Origin: a virus
Taxonomy: Duplodnaviria; Caudoviricetes
DNA: 64,000 nt
Reading direction: 5' to 3' (one strand)
Virus record (IMG/VR): IMGVR_UViG_3300005282_000008
Location: 1-64,000 of that record
Both the position numbers and the translations under genes were made by a program. Shown piece by piece: positions 37,249 through 50,300 of this stretch (positions are counted from its first letter, which is position 1; each line of letters starts with the position of its first letter). Under the pieces are notes generated by a model, which worked only from the letters and a program-made list of their open reading frames with translations, ran no database searches and was not told the origin of the DNA.

Positions 37249-37864
37249 ATTTATTAAAAACCATTTTAATTATTTCTTAATAGGATTATTAATTCTGTTA
37301 GGAAGCATTATCTATTTACAAAAAGGTACTATAAAAAGACAGGATACTGAGATAGGTTCATTAAATAATAATTTAATTGAGTATGCAAGTTCAGTTAATG
37401 GTTTAAGTACTGAGAAACGTGTCCTACAGTTGAAATTAAGCGATTTAAGCAACTCTAGGGATAAAGATATACAAACTATCGATTCTTTGGCAAAAGCCCT
37501 TAAAATCGCTCCTAAGACTATTAATAGTGTTACTCATATAGAAACTTTAGTGCATGATACTATATCTGGAGTAATAATACAAGATTCCACATCATGTGAC
37601 TTCACTAAAGTACTTAACTATAATAAAGAAACTAAAATAGAAGTAATTAAGAAAGACTCTCTATTAACAGTTATCCCAACTATTACTAATTCAAGTGATC
37701 TATTTATAATAACCAATAAAGTCTATAGAAATAAGAGGTCAAATTGGTTTAGTAGATTAATTCATTGGGATTGGAAAAAGGATAACATAAAGAAATATGA
37801 ACTACATAATTCTAATGACATTATTCAAGTAAAGAATATAAAAGTCATTGAAGTAGAACAATAA
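37199..37864 (+). CDS. spanin-like membrane-anchored coiled-coil protein
   Basis: N-terminal TM helix plus coiled coil, next to the holin. Confidence 0.55.
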   Translation: MIIETLGVLNTLKSVYRFIKNHFNYFLIGLLILLGSIIYLQKGTIKRQDTEIGSLNNNLIEYASSVNGLSTEKRVLQLKLSDLSNSRDKDIQTIDSLAKALKIAPKTINSVTHIETLVHDTISGVIIQDSTSCDFTKVLNYNKETKIEVIKKDSLLTVIPTITNSSDLFIITNKVYRNKRSNWFSRLIHWDWKKDNIKKYELHNSNDIIQVKNIKVIEVEQ

Positions 37865-37875
37865 AATATAACAAC

Positions 37876-38532
37876 ATGACATTTAACTCATTAAATACTA
37901 TTATTGACGATATTATGCTTGAGTTACGTAATAGTAACATAAGTGAGTCAGAACAGTTAAGTCGTATTCAGATTGAACAGTGGATACATAACTATCGTGC
38001 AATGTTAATCAAACAAGACATTGATAAAGGTAGAGATATTAATCCTGCATATATTCAAAGTAAAACTCTTACTCTAGAGAATTCAACTAGTCCTTATTCA
38101 AGTACAACTACTTTACCAAAGACTATTGATTTTCATTTTAAACCAGGTATCGTTAGTGTTAGAGATAATACTGGTAAACTAATTCAAGTAGGTTCAAGAC
38201 TTAAAGCTGAATTACAACCAATTAGACAGTATGCTATATATGATCCAATCGCATATATACAGAATGACTATTTAAAACTTATGGATGGTCGTACTGTACC
38301 AGCAACTTCTTTAACTGTAGACATTATTGCAGAAGATCCTACTTCTATTGATGGTACATATAATTATGATGGGCAATATCCTTGTCCAGCAAATATGATT
38401 CCTACGATTAAAGATCTCATATTTACTAAAGAATTATATATAATGCCACAAGAGACAGTAGATACTACAAATGATAGTGATGATGATACACAAAATAAAG
38501 TATCTACTAGGTCACTAAGAAAAGCAAAATAA
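37876..38532 (+). CDS. tail ring protein
   Basis: Synteny and motif similarity to crAss tail ring proteins. Confidence 0.65.
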   Translation: MTFNSLNTIIDDIMLELRNSNISESEQLSRIQIEQWIHNYRAMLIKQDIDKGRDINPAYIQSKTLTLENSTSPYSSTTTLPKTIDFHFKPGIVSVRDNTGKLIQVGSRLKAELQPIRQYAIYDPIAYIQNDYLKLMDGRTVPATSLTVDIIAEDPTSIDGTYNYDGQYPCPANMIPTIKDLIFTKELYIMPQETVDTTNDSDDDTQNKVSTRSLRKAK

Positions 38533-38978
38533 TGACAAAAACTAAATCATATACCATTAAAGATTTTTATGAATCCTATAATAATTTTGTTGAAGGTAAT
38601 GAATTATATAGTATAGATTATAAAACATATAGAGAAATAGTTACTGATTATTTTAAATATATTTATAATAGAGTTATCGAACAAAGTGCTGAATTTAAAC
38701 TACCATGTAGATTAGGTTCACTATGTGTTGTTAAACACTTGCCAAAACATTATGATAGTAAAAGTCTTAGAGTTGATTTTAAAGCGACAAACGAATTACA
38801 TAAAACAATATTCCATCTAAATGAACATAGTAATGGTTATAAGTTTAGATTTTACTGGAATAAAAAAGAGTCCTTGGTTACTAATAAAACCAAATATCAA
38901 CTAGTTGCTACAAGATTCAATAAACGTAGACTAGCTCAAATAATCAAGAATAATGAACATGACTATATTACAATTTAA
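38532..38978 (+). CDS. IHF-like protein
   Basis: FKLPCRLG.L.V.K...NEHSNGY.FRF.W.K; crAss IHF-like subunit preceding the tail tubular gene. Confidence 0.7.
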   Translation: MTKTKSYTIKDFYESYNNFVEGNELYSIDYKTYREIVTDYFKYIYNRVIEQSAEFKLPCRLGSLCVVKHLPKHYDSKSLRVDFKATNELHKTIFHLNEHSNGYKFRFYWNKKESLVTNKTKYQLVATRFNKRRLAQIIKNNEHDYITI

Positions 38979-38980
38979 TT

Positions 38981-39907
38981 ATGGTAGCAAAATTAGTATC
39001 TAGTAAATCAGTTATTGCTAAAGTAATAGCAGACCTAGACTTAAAAGACGACAATTTACGCATTACTGATATGTTACATTGGATGGGAGAGGCCGTTGAA
39101 AAAATAGGTGCTCCACAACAATTGATACGCAATGTATCAGGTGTTAATGATACACCTATATTAACTCTAAGTAATCATCAAGTAGCAATGCCTACTGATC
39201 TATATAGATTGGAGCAGGTTGCTTATTCTCAAAATGAAAACGGCCCTTGGGCATCTATGCGTAAAGCAACTGGTTCATTTGATGTATGGGGTGCTGATAA
39301 TAATGAAACGACTCCTATAATATTGATTCCAGACGCAGCATTAATAACATTGGTTAAAATATTATATAATATTATTACTGATGCTGATGCATATATAAAA
39401 CTCAATAGTGATCCTAGTATACGTACTACGTTAAGTGTGTTAGTGAATAATGGAACATATAATATACCTGGATATAAACGTGGGTTTATGAAGACAAATG
39501 TAAGTTGCGATTTACAGTACACTACTAAACCTGGTTATATTATGACTAATATACCAAGTGGATATTTAAAGATATCTTATTATGCAATTCCTAGAGATGA
39601 AGATTATTATCCTTTAATTCCAGAAACACAATCTTACTTTGAAGCATTATACTGGTATATAGTGATGAAACTAAAGTATCCTGAATATTTAGGCGGCCGA
39701 TTAAATAGACAGACTTATTATGATATGAAAACATCTTGGAATTATTATTGTAAACAAGCATATGGTGAAACAATGATGCCTAGTACAGATGATATGGAAT
39801 CTATAAAGAATAATTGGATTAGACTTGTTCCTATACAAGATGAACATGATACATTCTATTCTAACTTAGGACAAAAACAAGAAGTATATAACGCAATGTA
39901 CGAATAA
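38981..39907 (+). CDS. tail tubular / ring protein (P22 gp4-like)
   Basis: Synteny; W.GEA.EKIG and P.DED.YP.IP...EAL.WYI motifs. Confidence 0.75.
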   Translation: MVAKLVSSKSVIAKVIADLDLKDDNLRITDMLHWMGEAVEKIGAPQQLIRNVSGVNDTPILTLSNHQVAMPTDLYRLEQVAYSQNENGPWASMRKATGSFDVWGADNNETTPIILIPDAALITLVKILYNIITDADAYIKLNSDPSIRTTLSVLVNNGTYNIPGYKRGFMKTNVSCDLQYTTKPGYIMTNIPSGYLKISYYAIPRDEDYYPLIPETQSYFEALYWYIVMKLKYPEYLGGRLNRQTYYDMKTSWNYYCKQAYGETMMPSTDDMESIKNNWIRLVPIQDEHDTFYSNLGQKQEVYNAMYE

Positions 39908-39909
39908 TT

Positions 39910-42900
39910 ATGAATAGTCAAATATATCAAACTAACACCTTTTTAAAAGGTTTAAACTTAGATGCAGATGTATCTTTGATTGGTAGTGATCAGTATAGAT
40001 ATGCTGAGAACATAAGACTATTAACTAATGATGGTGGTACTACTGGAGTAATGCAAGGCGTTGAAAATATTGAAAAATTAACATTAACTAGTATTACTCA
40101 AGGAGAAACAGTGCTTGGTATTAATGAAGTGATAATTGGCGTTACTTCAGTAAAAGAATATGGAGTAGTTTTTACAAAAGATCATACCAATGGAACATGT
40201 TACAATCGAGTATGGAGACTAGATTTTACCAATAATAAGAAAGTTCCAGTATGTACTTGTATATTACAGGGTATATTTGATATTGAAAATAAATTAAGTT
40301 TAGTTACGCATTATACAAGTGATACAAATATAAAAGTGTATTTTGCAGATAGTGAAAACTTAATACGTACTGTGAATATAATGATGGTTATTCCATATAG
40401 TCCTACATTTAGTATAGGATCGTTGGATATAATACCTAGTGCAGTATTGCCACCTTTGGATATAGTTGGTTTAGGTATTGGTTCTTTGCCATCTGGTACT
40501 ATTCAATATTGTTATCAACTATTTAATATGTATGGTAATGAATCATCTATATCAACACTTGGATCATTAGTACCATTATCTAATTCTAATTTAGATGATA
40601 TATATTCTTATGGGCAGGCTTCAAATAAAAACTCTAATAAATCTGTAATACTAAAGGCAGATTTAGTAAACGTTGGTTCATTTAACAAATGTCGTATAAT
40701 ATCCATACATTACTCTAGTAATACATCAATACCAACAATAAGTATTGTTAATGAAATAGAAGTAGGTTCTTTAGATACAGTTATTTATTATGAAGATAAA
40801 GGTAATGGCTATCTAAGTGAATTAACTGTTGAAGAATTCAATGCATTAGTCGATGGGCAATTTGCTCCAGTATCTATTGAGAAAATGAACAATCGTTTAT
40901 TTGCTAGTAATATCAAAGATTTAACTTGGGATGTATCTAATTATGATACTAGAGTATATAGAGCGAACTCATTAGGATCTATTAGATTAGAATCATCTTC
41001 AGATGATCCTATTATTTTTAATGTAACTGATATAAATACACAAGTAATTCCATATAATTATGATTGTATAAATCCATTTAATATCCTTAAATCTTCATCA
41101 TTTACTTCAACAAATAGATATGAATATAAAGATTCTGGAGTAACAATAGGTGGAATCGGTAAGAATATTTCATATGAGATTATTAATACGAAATTAAACG
41201 TTGAAAATATAACCACCTATCCACCAGATAATCAACAGAATTATGAAAGTGATGTTATCACTCGTTATAAAGTTGCTGATAGTGCTGAATTAAAAACTAA
41301 TTCTGTATCAGGTAATACCTTACCTATATATAAAAATACTGGATTGATTGGTTCAAGTCAATATGCACCAGTTGCATATAGTTCTAAAAAGAACTATTCA
41401 GATCCAATAATTGCTAGTAAATTTAGAGGTTATCAGAGAGATGAAGTATATCGTTTTGGTATAATCTTTTATAATGATAAAAACATACCATCTCCAGTTC
41501 ACTGGATTGGTGATATTAGAATGCCACATGCAAGTGATAATCCAATATTTGAAAGTTCTTATTCTGTTGTATATGGTATTAATAAAACATATACTACAGA
41601 TGTTAAACCATTAGGTATTAGGTTTACTATAAATAATCTTCCAATCGGAGTATATGCATATGAGATTGTAAGATGTCAACGCACCGTAACGTGATCGTAC
41701 TGTATTAATGCAAGGTGCATTATCTAATGTCGTTAGATATTCAGCAGATGGTACTGCTGGTATGGACGTTGATATTAGACCATACTCGTATTTATCTTAT
41801 AGTACTAGAATGAATAGTAACAATGGTAAAGCAGATTCGTGGAATGATCTCTCTAGTGTATATGAAAAAACAAAAGATTATTATACACTGATTTCTCCAG
41901 AAGTCTGTTATAATAAAGAACATGCAATAGATTTAATAACTAATACCGTTTATTTAGATACTATTTGTGGGTTAGCTTCTCCAGTAAATAGATGGAGAGC
42001 ACCATCAGACTCTTCTACACAAGTATATCGTCCTGCAGTAATGCATTCATTACCTAAAATAAAGAATCTTTCTGGAACTATCACTGATGTTTCAGGAGAT
42101 GATAATTATTATTTAGCTGGAGAACGTTATGATTGGACTGGTGAAACTGATGAAACGTATGCGTATCCTATAGTAAATATTTCTACTGGAACACATTCTG
42201 CATTAATTAGTAGATATTTATATACTTTCTATAATGCGGATATTCGTTTGTATCTTGGTGATGCTAGTAATTTTATGAATATTAGTAAACATAATCTTGC
42301 AGTTTCATCTATTAAATATCCCAAACCATTGTTGTGGAATAATTATTCTAGTGGTGATATATTAGCTAGTGGTATTAATATTGGTGAAAAGATATTTCAT
42401 AACTGGTCTGTAAATTTTTCAGCACCAGATGGAAATAGTGGCGGATATCAAGCAGCACAAAAACATGGACCACATGGGTATTGCCTTATATTAAATTCTC
42501 CAGAATTAGGTAATACTATTTCTAATATTTATCAAATAGATGCGTATACTGCAGATGCAGCAACTCAAAATTTTAATAGATTATACGCAATGAATTCTAT
42601 ATTGATTGCAAATCTTAAACAAAGTGTAATTCAATATGGTGGTAATACATACACTTCTATTCAGAATTCAATATATATATCTACTGGAACTTATACTAGA
42701 AATAACACTTCAATTGTAAATTGTTTTGGTGGAGATACTTTTATTGATATCTTAGATTATACAACCACTTCAATATTTTCACAACCAGATACTTCTGCGG
42801 ATCAAGTTAGAAAAGGTTATTTTGGAGCATATATACCATTTGAATCATCTATAAACTTTGCATTTAAACAAGATAAAAACTTTAGTAATACTTATGTAAA

Positions 42901-44140
42901 TGGTTATGCTGACGCATTTATACAAAATAAAGCAGGTCAATTTTTAAGTTATAAAGTTCAAGACTTAGATCCGTATACTTATAATGATGCCTACTCTAGT
43001 CAACCAGGTAATAAAAAGTTTGTTGCAAAAAGTATATATGATATATCAAATATTACTTATACAAATCGTATAACTTGTTCAGAAGTAAAGAGCGGTAATG
43101 ATGTTATAGATAAATGGACTAAGTTTAAGTTTGCAAATTATATAGATATTGATACTCAATATGGTGATGTTACTAATTTAAAAGCATTTAATAATAAGTT
43201 ATATTATTGGCAAGACAATGCTTTTGGTATTACTTCAGTTAATGAACGTTCATTAATTCAAGATAATAATTTAGGTGCACTAACACTTGGTACTGGTGGT
43301 ATATTAGTTAGATATGATAATATCTCAACTAGTAATGGTAATAGTATTAAGAATGATAAGAGTATTGTTAAATCTGATACTACTATTTATTGGTATGACT
43401 TTAATAATAATGAGATAGTTGCTTTTGGTAATGATATACACTCTTTATCTAAAGTAAAAAGTGTGCAATCATATTTTAATGAATTACCTAGTGTTAAAAG
43501 AAATGATGCACTATCTTACTATGATAAAAAGTATAATGAGATTGTATTTAAGATATACGATAAAGCATTAGTATTTAATGAGCAATTACAATACTTTACT
43601 TGTTTCTATACTATTGATCCAGAGTGGGTTCTAAACTTTGCAGATAGATATTATAGTATAAGTGATAGAGTTATGTACTTACACAATACTACAGATAATC
43701 TTAGTGAACAAACATATCCTGCGTATACTCTAGATGATGGTAGTTATGCCGATATTAATATTAGTAAAATACAATTTTTAGTTAATAAAGACTTTGAATA
43801 TACAAAAACATTCGATAATGTATTCTTCAATGGAGATCTAATAGTACCGACTTCTAATGAAGTTACTGATACTAATGTAATGAAAGATGTTTGGTTTAAG
43901 ACTAAGAATCAAGAAACGATTCCTATTTTACAAGCAGATATTGATAATAGAGAAGATACATACAGATTTGCAATAGGTCGTGAGAAGAATGACAACGCTG
44001 TAAACAACATATATAATAATTCGTTCCTTAGTAGAATGAAGGGTAAATACTTAATTTGTAACTATTCATTTGACTGTCGACAAGGTAAATCTTTTAGAAT
44101 ACCAAGTATTAGAACGACATATAGATATTCCTTAGTATAA
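39910..44140 (+). CDS. tail stabilization / muzzle protein (P22 gp10-like), split by 1-nt insertion at ~41690
   Basis: NTF.KG.N.D...YRYAENIR start; GYQRDEVYRFGI; deleting one C gives VRCQRTVSDRTVLMQG. Confidence 0.85.
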
Positions 44141-44141
44141 T

Positions 44142-45677
44142 ATGAAAAGAAAAAAAATAAATAAAGTTCCAGCATATGCTTTTGGTTTAGATCAAGCTGG
44201 GCAATTAGCAAATCTTGCTGGTACTACATTAAGTGCTACAGGAAATGATACATTATCTACAGTTGGTGGCACTCTATCTGGAGCTTCTTCAGGTTTTGCA
44301 GTAGGTGGACCAATAGGAGCTGCTATCGGTGGTGTAGCTGGTTTAGCTACTGGACTAATTGGTGGAGCAGCTAAAAGACGTGCTGCAAACAAAGCTAAAC
44401 GAGTTGCTACTCAGAACCAGGTAATGAATAACGCAGTGTCTAATACTGCTGAAATACAGCAAGAAGCAAATAGCGAAAATCCTTTAGCTTATACATTCGC
44501 AAACGGTGGTATTGTTCCAAATAGTTTAGCATATGTTGATGATGGTGAAACCATTAGAGATCCGTATGGTAATATGATGCAAGTACCAGAACAAGGACAG
44601 TCTACTGATCAGAACTTAGTAAGTCTACCTGAACAAAGTACTATACTTAGTGATAGAATGAAGTTAAAACAACTTAATAACATGACACCATCACAATACT
44701 ATAAGAGTAAATCTAGCAAAGTTGTAGAAGGTACTGATGAATATTCAAAGAACGCTGCAGAACTTAATAAAAAGAATAATGATTCTTTATATAGTAATTT
44801 ATTAGCATTACAAACACAAGAGAACTATAATAAGAATCGTAAACAGACCATGAAGTCTATTCCAAAGTATGCAGATGGCAAACCTGCATTTAATCCTAAT
44901 GATTATTATACAATACCAAATGTATCTATAACTGCTACTAAAAAACCAATCGGCATATTAGAAGGTGCTAATAAGTATATTAATAATGTAAATTTAAATC
45001 AAAAATTACCAACTAATTATAAAAATCCAATAACAACTCCAGAGACTCCACCGCCAGGGAAATCTACAGGATTTGATTTTGGATCAATTGCAGCATTAGC
45101 ACCAGTTGCTTTTAATTTAGCTCAATCTTTCAAAGAACCAACTTTAGAACAACCTGTGCAGAATCCATATGCTAATCAAGTACGTAATACTATGGCTGGT
45201 AGAACTTATAATATTAATCCAGCATTAAGTGAAGCGTCTAGAGTAAGGACTATAAATAACTATAACTTATCCCAAGTATCACCAAATACCGGTGCAAGTA
45301 TGGCGCAAAGAGTTCAATCTGCTGTTGGACAATATGATAATGCTGCTGATTTATTTGCACAGAAACAAAATATTGAAAATCAATATGCAGGTGAATATGC
45401 AAATACATTAAACTCATTAGGTCAACAGAATGCGCAAGCACAGTTATATGCTAATCAACAAAATAGAGCGGCAATAGCTAAACAACAAGAATTTGCAGGT
45501 ACTGCTGCAACACAGTTTGGTCAATGGGGGCAGACACAGCAACAGATGAAGAATCAATATAATATGGACCAATTAAGTTTCTCAGCATTAAATAAGTTAT
45601 TATCGCAAGGATATACTAATGCTGAAATGCAAAATCTTAATAGATTGGTTAACCAAAGAACTAGAGGAGTATTTTAA
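44142..45677 (+). CDS. virion cargo (ejection) protein with Gly/Ala-rich TM segment
   Basis: GGPIGAAIGG segment, FANGG/YADG motifs, Q/N-rich tail; follows the muzzle gene. Confidence 0.7.
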   Translation: MKRKKINKVPAYAFGLDQAGQLANLAGTTLSATGNDTLSTVGGTLSGASSGFAVGGPIGAAIGGVAGLATGLIGGAAKRRAANKAKRVATQNQVMNNAVSNTAEIQQEANSENPLAYTFANGGIVPNSLAYVDDGETIRDPYGNMMQVPEQGQSTDQNLVSLPEQSTILSDRMKLKQLNNMTPSQYYKSKSSKVVEGTDEYSKNAAELNKKNNDSLYSNLLALQTQENYNKNRKQTMKSIPKYADGKPAFNPNDYYTIPNVSITATKKPIGILEGANKYINNVNLNQKLPTNYKNPITTPETPPPGKSTGFDFGSIAALAPVAFNLAQSFKEPTLEQPVQNPYANQVRNTMAGRTYNINPALSEASRVRTINNYNLSQVSPNTGASMAQRVQSAVGQYDNAADLFAQKQNIENQYAGEYANTLNSLGQQNAQAQLYANQQNRAAIAKQQEFAGTAATQFGQWGQTQQQMKNQYNMDQLSFSALNKLLSQGYTNAEMQNLNRLVNQRTRGVF

Positions 45678-45678
45678 T

Positions 45679-47382
45679 ATGAATGAATATAACAATCCTG
45701 CACAAGCGCAGTTTATGAACACCTATGTTCCAATACCATTTAATCAATTGTATCAACTTGGAGTACAGGCAAAACAAGATGTTGAGAATGCAACAAATCA
45801 GTTAGGCAATACTATTAGTAAATGGTCTGAATTTACTTCTCCATCACAAGCTGATACACAAACGTGGTATAATGAAACTATTGGAAAAGCTAAACCATTA
45901 ATTAATGAAATGGCTAATAATATGGATTTAATGAAGTCTCCAGAAGGTAGGGCTAGAATTAATTCTATTATTAATAATATTGATACTAATAAATTAGCGG
46001 CTATAAGACAAAGCGCAGTTAATCTAGGTGAACGTCAAAAGTTAAATCAACAGTTGATGCTAGCTGGTAGATATAATCCAGATTGGCACAATGTTGATTT
46101 TACTAATTACAATACAGCACAGAAAGGTGTGTATAGTGATTTAACCCCATTAGCGTATAAATCTGTTGCTGAGATAGCTAATCCTTACTTTAATGATTTA
46201 AAAGACCATTTCATTAATCAGAAGGGTGCTTATGACTATGTTGGTATAACCCAAGGAGATATCGCAAACGTTGCTAAATCTAAATTTAATGATATTTACG
46301 ATACTCCTGAAGCACAACGTCATATGCAGATTATGATGCAGAAGGATCCTAATCTTACTATAGAAGGTGCTCAACAGAATCTATATAAAGAAGTATTACA
46401 ATCACAACAAGATAAAGTTAGAAGTAATCGTGAAGTTAATCAACTTTATTTAACTAACTTAAAAGAAGGATATGCAAATGCAAGAGCTGCTGCATCTAGA
46501 GCAGCCAAAAGTGGTGCTGGTGTTGGTGGTATGGCTACTTTGACTGATAAATTAAGAGTTGGTGGTGTGATGAAATTTGGAGAACAAATGGGTAAGTATT
46601 ATAACTTATCTCCAGAACAAGCTTATAGATCAATGCGACACGATGCTAGTACTACATTTAATGCGCATGCGTTTAATACTCCATATGTTACTGATAAGAT
46701 GCTTACTGATAAAAAGTATAATGCAGAGCAACTTGGTAGAGGCTCACAAGCATTGATGAATAAGTTCTCATGGAATGCTGGAACTGGTGCTGTACAGAGT
46801 GTCATTAATGGTATGTTTAAAGTAGGTAAGAATCAATACAGTGTTGATACTTCTAAGATGATGTTACCTACTGACTTTGCTAGTGGTATGTTGGGGTTGG
46901 GTGATCAAAAAGACCCGTTCTTAAAAGCTTTTAGACAAGGTAAGTTTAAAGATGTATCTGTATCTCCTACTTCAGAAGTAATTACTGATGGTAACAATGA
47001 ATACGCTAGAGTAAAAGTAACAATACCTGGTTATAGCTTAGTAAAAAGTGGAATTAAGGATTACAAGACATTTGGTAAGAAATATTTACCACAAATAAAA
47101 GAAGTATCTAATGAAGTTTCATCCAATATTAGTTCGAATAGTATAAAGGAGGGTATACAAACTACCGTCATAAAACAAAACATTAGTTCAAAAGCTCCGT
47201 TAGGACAACAAAAATATCATAATTTTACTATAGATGCTTTGATACCTATTAATAGGATTAAAGGTACAACTACAGAAGAATTAGTAAATCATGATTATAA
47301 CACACAAATCATGACCAATGCAGGTGCTGGCAAATTAGCACCCAGTGTAGAAACTGATACATATGATTATTTAAATCAATAA
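45679..47382 (+). CDS. virion cargo (ejection) protein
   Basis: Likely start ATG 45679 right after the upstream stop; NPAQAQF.NTYVPIPF N-terminus. Confidence 0.7.
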   Translation: MNEYNNPAQAQFMNTYVPIPFNQLYQLGVQAKQDVENATNQLGNTISKWSEFTSPSQADTQTWYNETIGKAKPLINEMANNMDLMKSPEGRARINSIINNIDTNKLAAIRQSAVNLGERQKLNQQLMLAGRYNPDWHNVDFTNYNTAQKGVYSDLTPLAYKSVAEIANPYFNDLKDHFINQKGAYDYVGITQGDIANVAKSKFNDIYDTPEAQRHMQIMMQKDPNLTIEGAQQNLYKEVLQSQQDKVRSNREVNQLYLTNLKEGYANARAAASRAAKSGAGVGGMATLTDKLRVGGVMKFGEQMGKYYNLSPEQAYRSMRHDASTTFNAHAFNTPYVTDKMLTDKKYNAEQLGRGSQALMNKFSWNAGTGAVQSVINGMFKVGKNQYSVDTSKMMLPTDFASGMLGLGDQKDPFLKAFRQGKFKDVSVSPTSEVITDGNNEYARVKVTIPGYSLVKSGIKDYKTFGKKYLPQIKEVSNEVSSNISSNSIKEGIQTTVIKQNISSKAPLGQQKYHNFTIDALIPINRIKGTTTEELVNHDYNTQIMTNAGAGKLAPSVETDTYDYLNQ

Positions 47383-47384
47383 CA

Positions 47385-50300
47385 ATGAATAATAATAATA
47401 CTTATAACCGTAGTAAAGCCAATCCCATAACGAGATTGGCTAACTCGTTTCCACCAGTTACTTTGGGTTTTGCAGATAGATCTAAACTTGAAGAACAAAA
47501 AATAAGTAGTGAATACGAAAAATTTAGACAGTCTCCTGCAGCTAGAACTACTGAACCTAGTATTGATAATTTCAATCCTAAAGAAGAAGCTACTACTAGA
47601 CCGGTAAATCTTAGTACCGGAGATGTTATAAAACCAGAAGATTCTGAATTCGTATCTAGTATAAAAGAAGGTAATTCTTTAGATAATGCTTGGTTTTCTA
47701 CAGATCGTGCAAATGCGATGTATAATCAAGAACAAGCACAAATATCTCAACAGAATAAGAATCTTAAGAATGGAACAATAATTCCAACGGTTCCTCCAGT
47801 TGCTTCTGTAAAACAGAGTAACCAATCATACAATGTATTACAATACTTTAAGGATGCGTGGAGAGCAAACCAGAATGGTAAAGATGAGACTGATATTTCA
47901 AGTAAGAATGGTGAAATTATATCAGATATTCTTCCAAAACTAAATGCTGCACAAACACAATTAGAATATGCTACGACTTCTCAAAAATATGATGATCAGA
48001 TTAATAGTGTAATTGCTAACAAAATTGCAGGAAAAGGCGTTGGTAATTGGGATTCCGAGATAGCAAGGTTAACTAAAGAAAAGAGTCTTGCACTAGGTGG
48101 TATAAGTATTAGAGATAAAGCAAGTGCTCAGTATGTTAAGGATTTAGTTACATGGGATAAGTATATACAAGACCCCTCTAGAGTAATAGGACAACTTAAA
48201 GCAGATATCGGAAATAGAACTGCGCAATATAATGATAAATTAAACGAGATTAAACAACTACAGGATGATATAAACGATCGTCCAAAGGTTAGCGATTATT
48301 ATTTAAATAAGGAAAAGAATGCAGGCTTTGGCTATACTAACATAGATGCATGGTTATATGGTATGCCACGTACATTGGGATCTTCTATGCAAACATGGAA
48401 ACAGCAAGGTGCAAACATGTTATATAACTTTGGTGCTAGTTTGGCTCAAAAAAGTTTAATGGAAGATATGGCATTATCTGTTTCCGCTGCAACTGGTGGT
48501 TCCGGATTATATGCTAAAGCTGCTATAATGGGATTAAGTACCGTTGGTATGGGTCTGAATTTAGAGACACAAGCGTTATCTAGACATTTAGAAACTGATG
48601 CAGAACTTTATACTAACTATAAAGATAGAATAAAGAAAGATGCTGCAGCAAGAGGTATAGACACCAACAAATTGATAAATGATGCAAAAGATAAATTAAA
48701 AAATTATGTAGATACCGATTCTAATATTTCTAAGAAACCAGAAATAACTGATGATGAGGCTATGGATTTTTTGCTTACTACTAATTTAAAAAGCGGTGAT
48801 ACTAAATTTGATGCATTGAAAGATGATGGTAGAAAAGGTTTACAATCTCTTAGAAATGTCAATTATGGTTTAAGTGCATCAGATATTGCAGAGAGTATTG
48901 CCTTTGTACCTTATCTTGGTACCGTACTTGGAAACTCTTATAAAGCACTTAAGACTACAGAAAAACTTGGGAAAGGTATTGCAAGAACTGAACAAGCTGT
49001 TGAAGCAGCAAAAGGATTTGCAAAAGCATTACCTACAGAGATTGCTGGTAAAATACTAAATAGTGCAGTAGTTAAAGGTGCTACAAAAACAATTGAAGAT
49101 CTTGCTGAAAAGACTGTACTAAAAGTTCCAAAACTTACTGAGTTTGCCGGAAAGGTAGCTGAGAAGGTTGCTGGCGCTGATGGTAAAACTTATGCAAAAT
49201 ACGTAAAAGGTATTGCAAAACGTGGGTTATTTGGTATGGCTTCTGAAGGTGGTGAAGAAGGTACACAACAAGAGAAAGGTTATAAGTATCAGAATGGTCT
49301 GTATGATGATAAGACCATGGGATTCTTTGATACCGTTTCTGATGTAGTTGGAGGTATGTTTAATGGCGCCAAAACTGCATTTGGATTGAGTGTTAATCCC
49401 GCATTAGATAATGATCAGGATTATCAACAAAGTGTTGTTGCTGGTGCAATGATGGGTGGTTTATTTAGTGCAGTTGGTGGTATTCAACCAACCATTGAAC
49501 TTAAGAATCAGATACAAACCAATCACATTATTCAGAATTATACAGTAGACCAATTAAAAGCTAAAGAGAATTTAACAAAAGCTAATTTATGGACAGATAA
49601 AGCATTGAAAGGTAAAGGTGAACAGGTTATTAGTACTCTAGATATGATGAAAGAGAATCTACCTGAAGGACTTACTTCCAATGACGTTGACAATATAAAG
49701 AAACAAGCAGAGTATACCATGAATTATGCTAGTTCACCTATTGCTAAAAAGTTAGCAAAGGAATCTGGTATAACATATGGTTCGCAAGACTATAAAACGA
49801 TAGTTGGGCTTGCTCTAGATTCATTTGATCAATTACAAAATGAAGTTGATGCCAATAAAGCAATTGATGCTAAATTGACAAGTACAAGAACATTCGGTGA
49901 AGGTGCATTGAAAGGTAATTTAGAGAATATTAGTAAATACACTGGTATTGATTCAAATTTATTATTACAACTACACAACCTTAACCAACACCAACAATCT
50001 TTAGTATCTTTGATTGATGAATTAAAGAATAGGAAGACAGTCATTGATGAAATGAATGCAGATAAAGACTTTTCTATGTCTTTAAATAGTGACAAGATTG
50101 GTGAATACGTTGATAGGCTTAATGAAAAGTTAATAGATGTAACAAATAATCGTAATTCTTTTATAAGTGAATTTACTTCACAAATGAAAGTTGATAAAAA
50201 TACTATTGAAACTGGTAAAAGTCAAAAACCATATACAGAAGAAGAACTAACTGATGTACTTAATAGTTTATCTACAGTAGGTGGATATAAACAGAATGAA

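Noticed and set aside
41680-41710. Naturally split muzzle gene
   Set aside because: Deleting one base fuses the two ORFs seamlessly in an essential structural gene; likely artefact.
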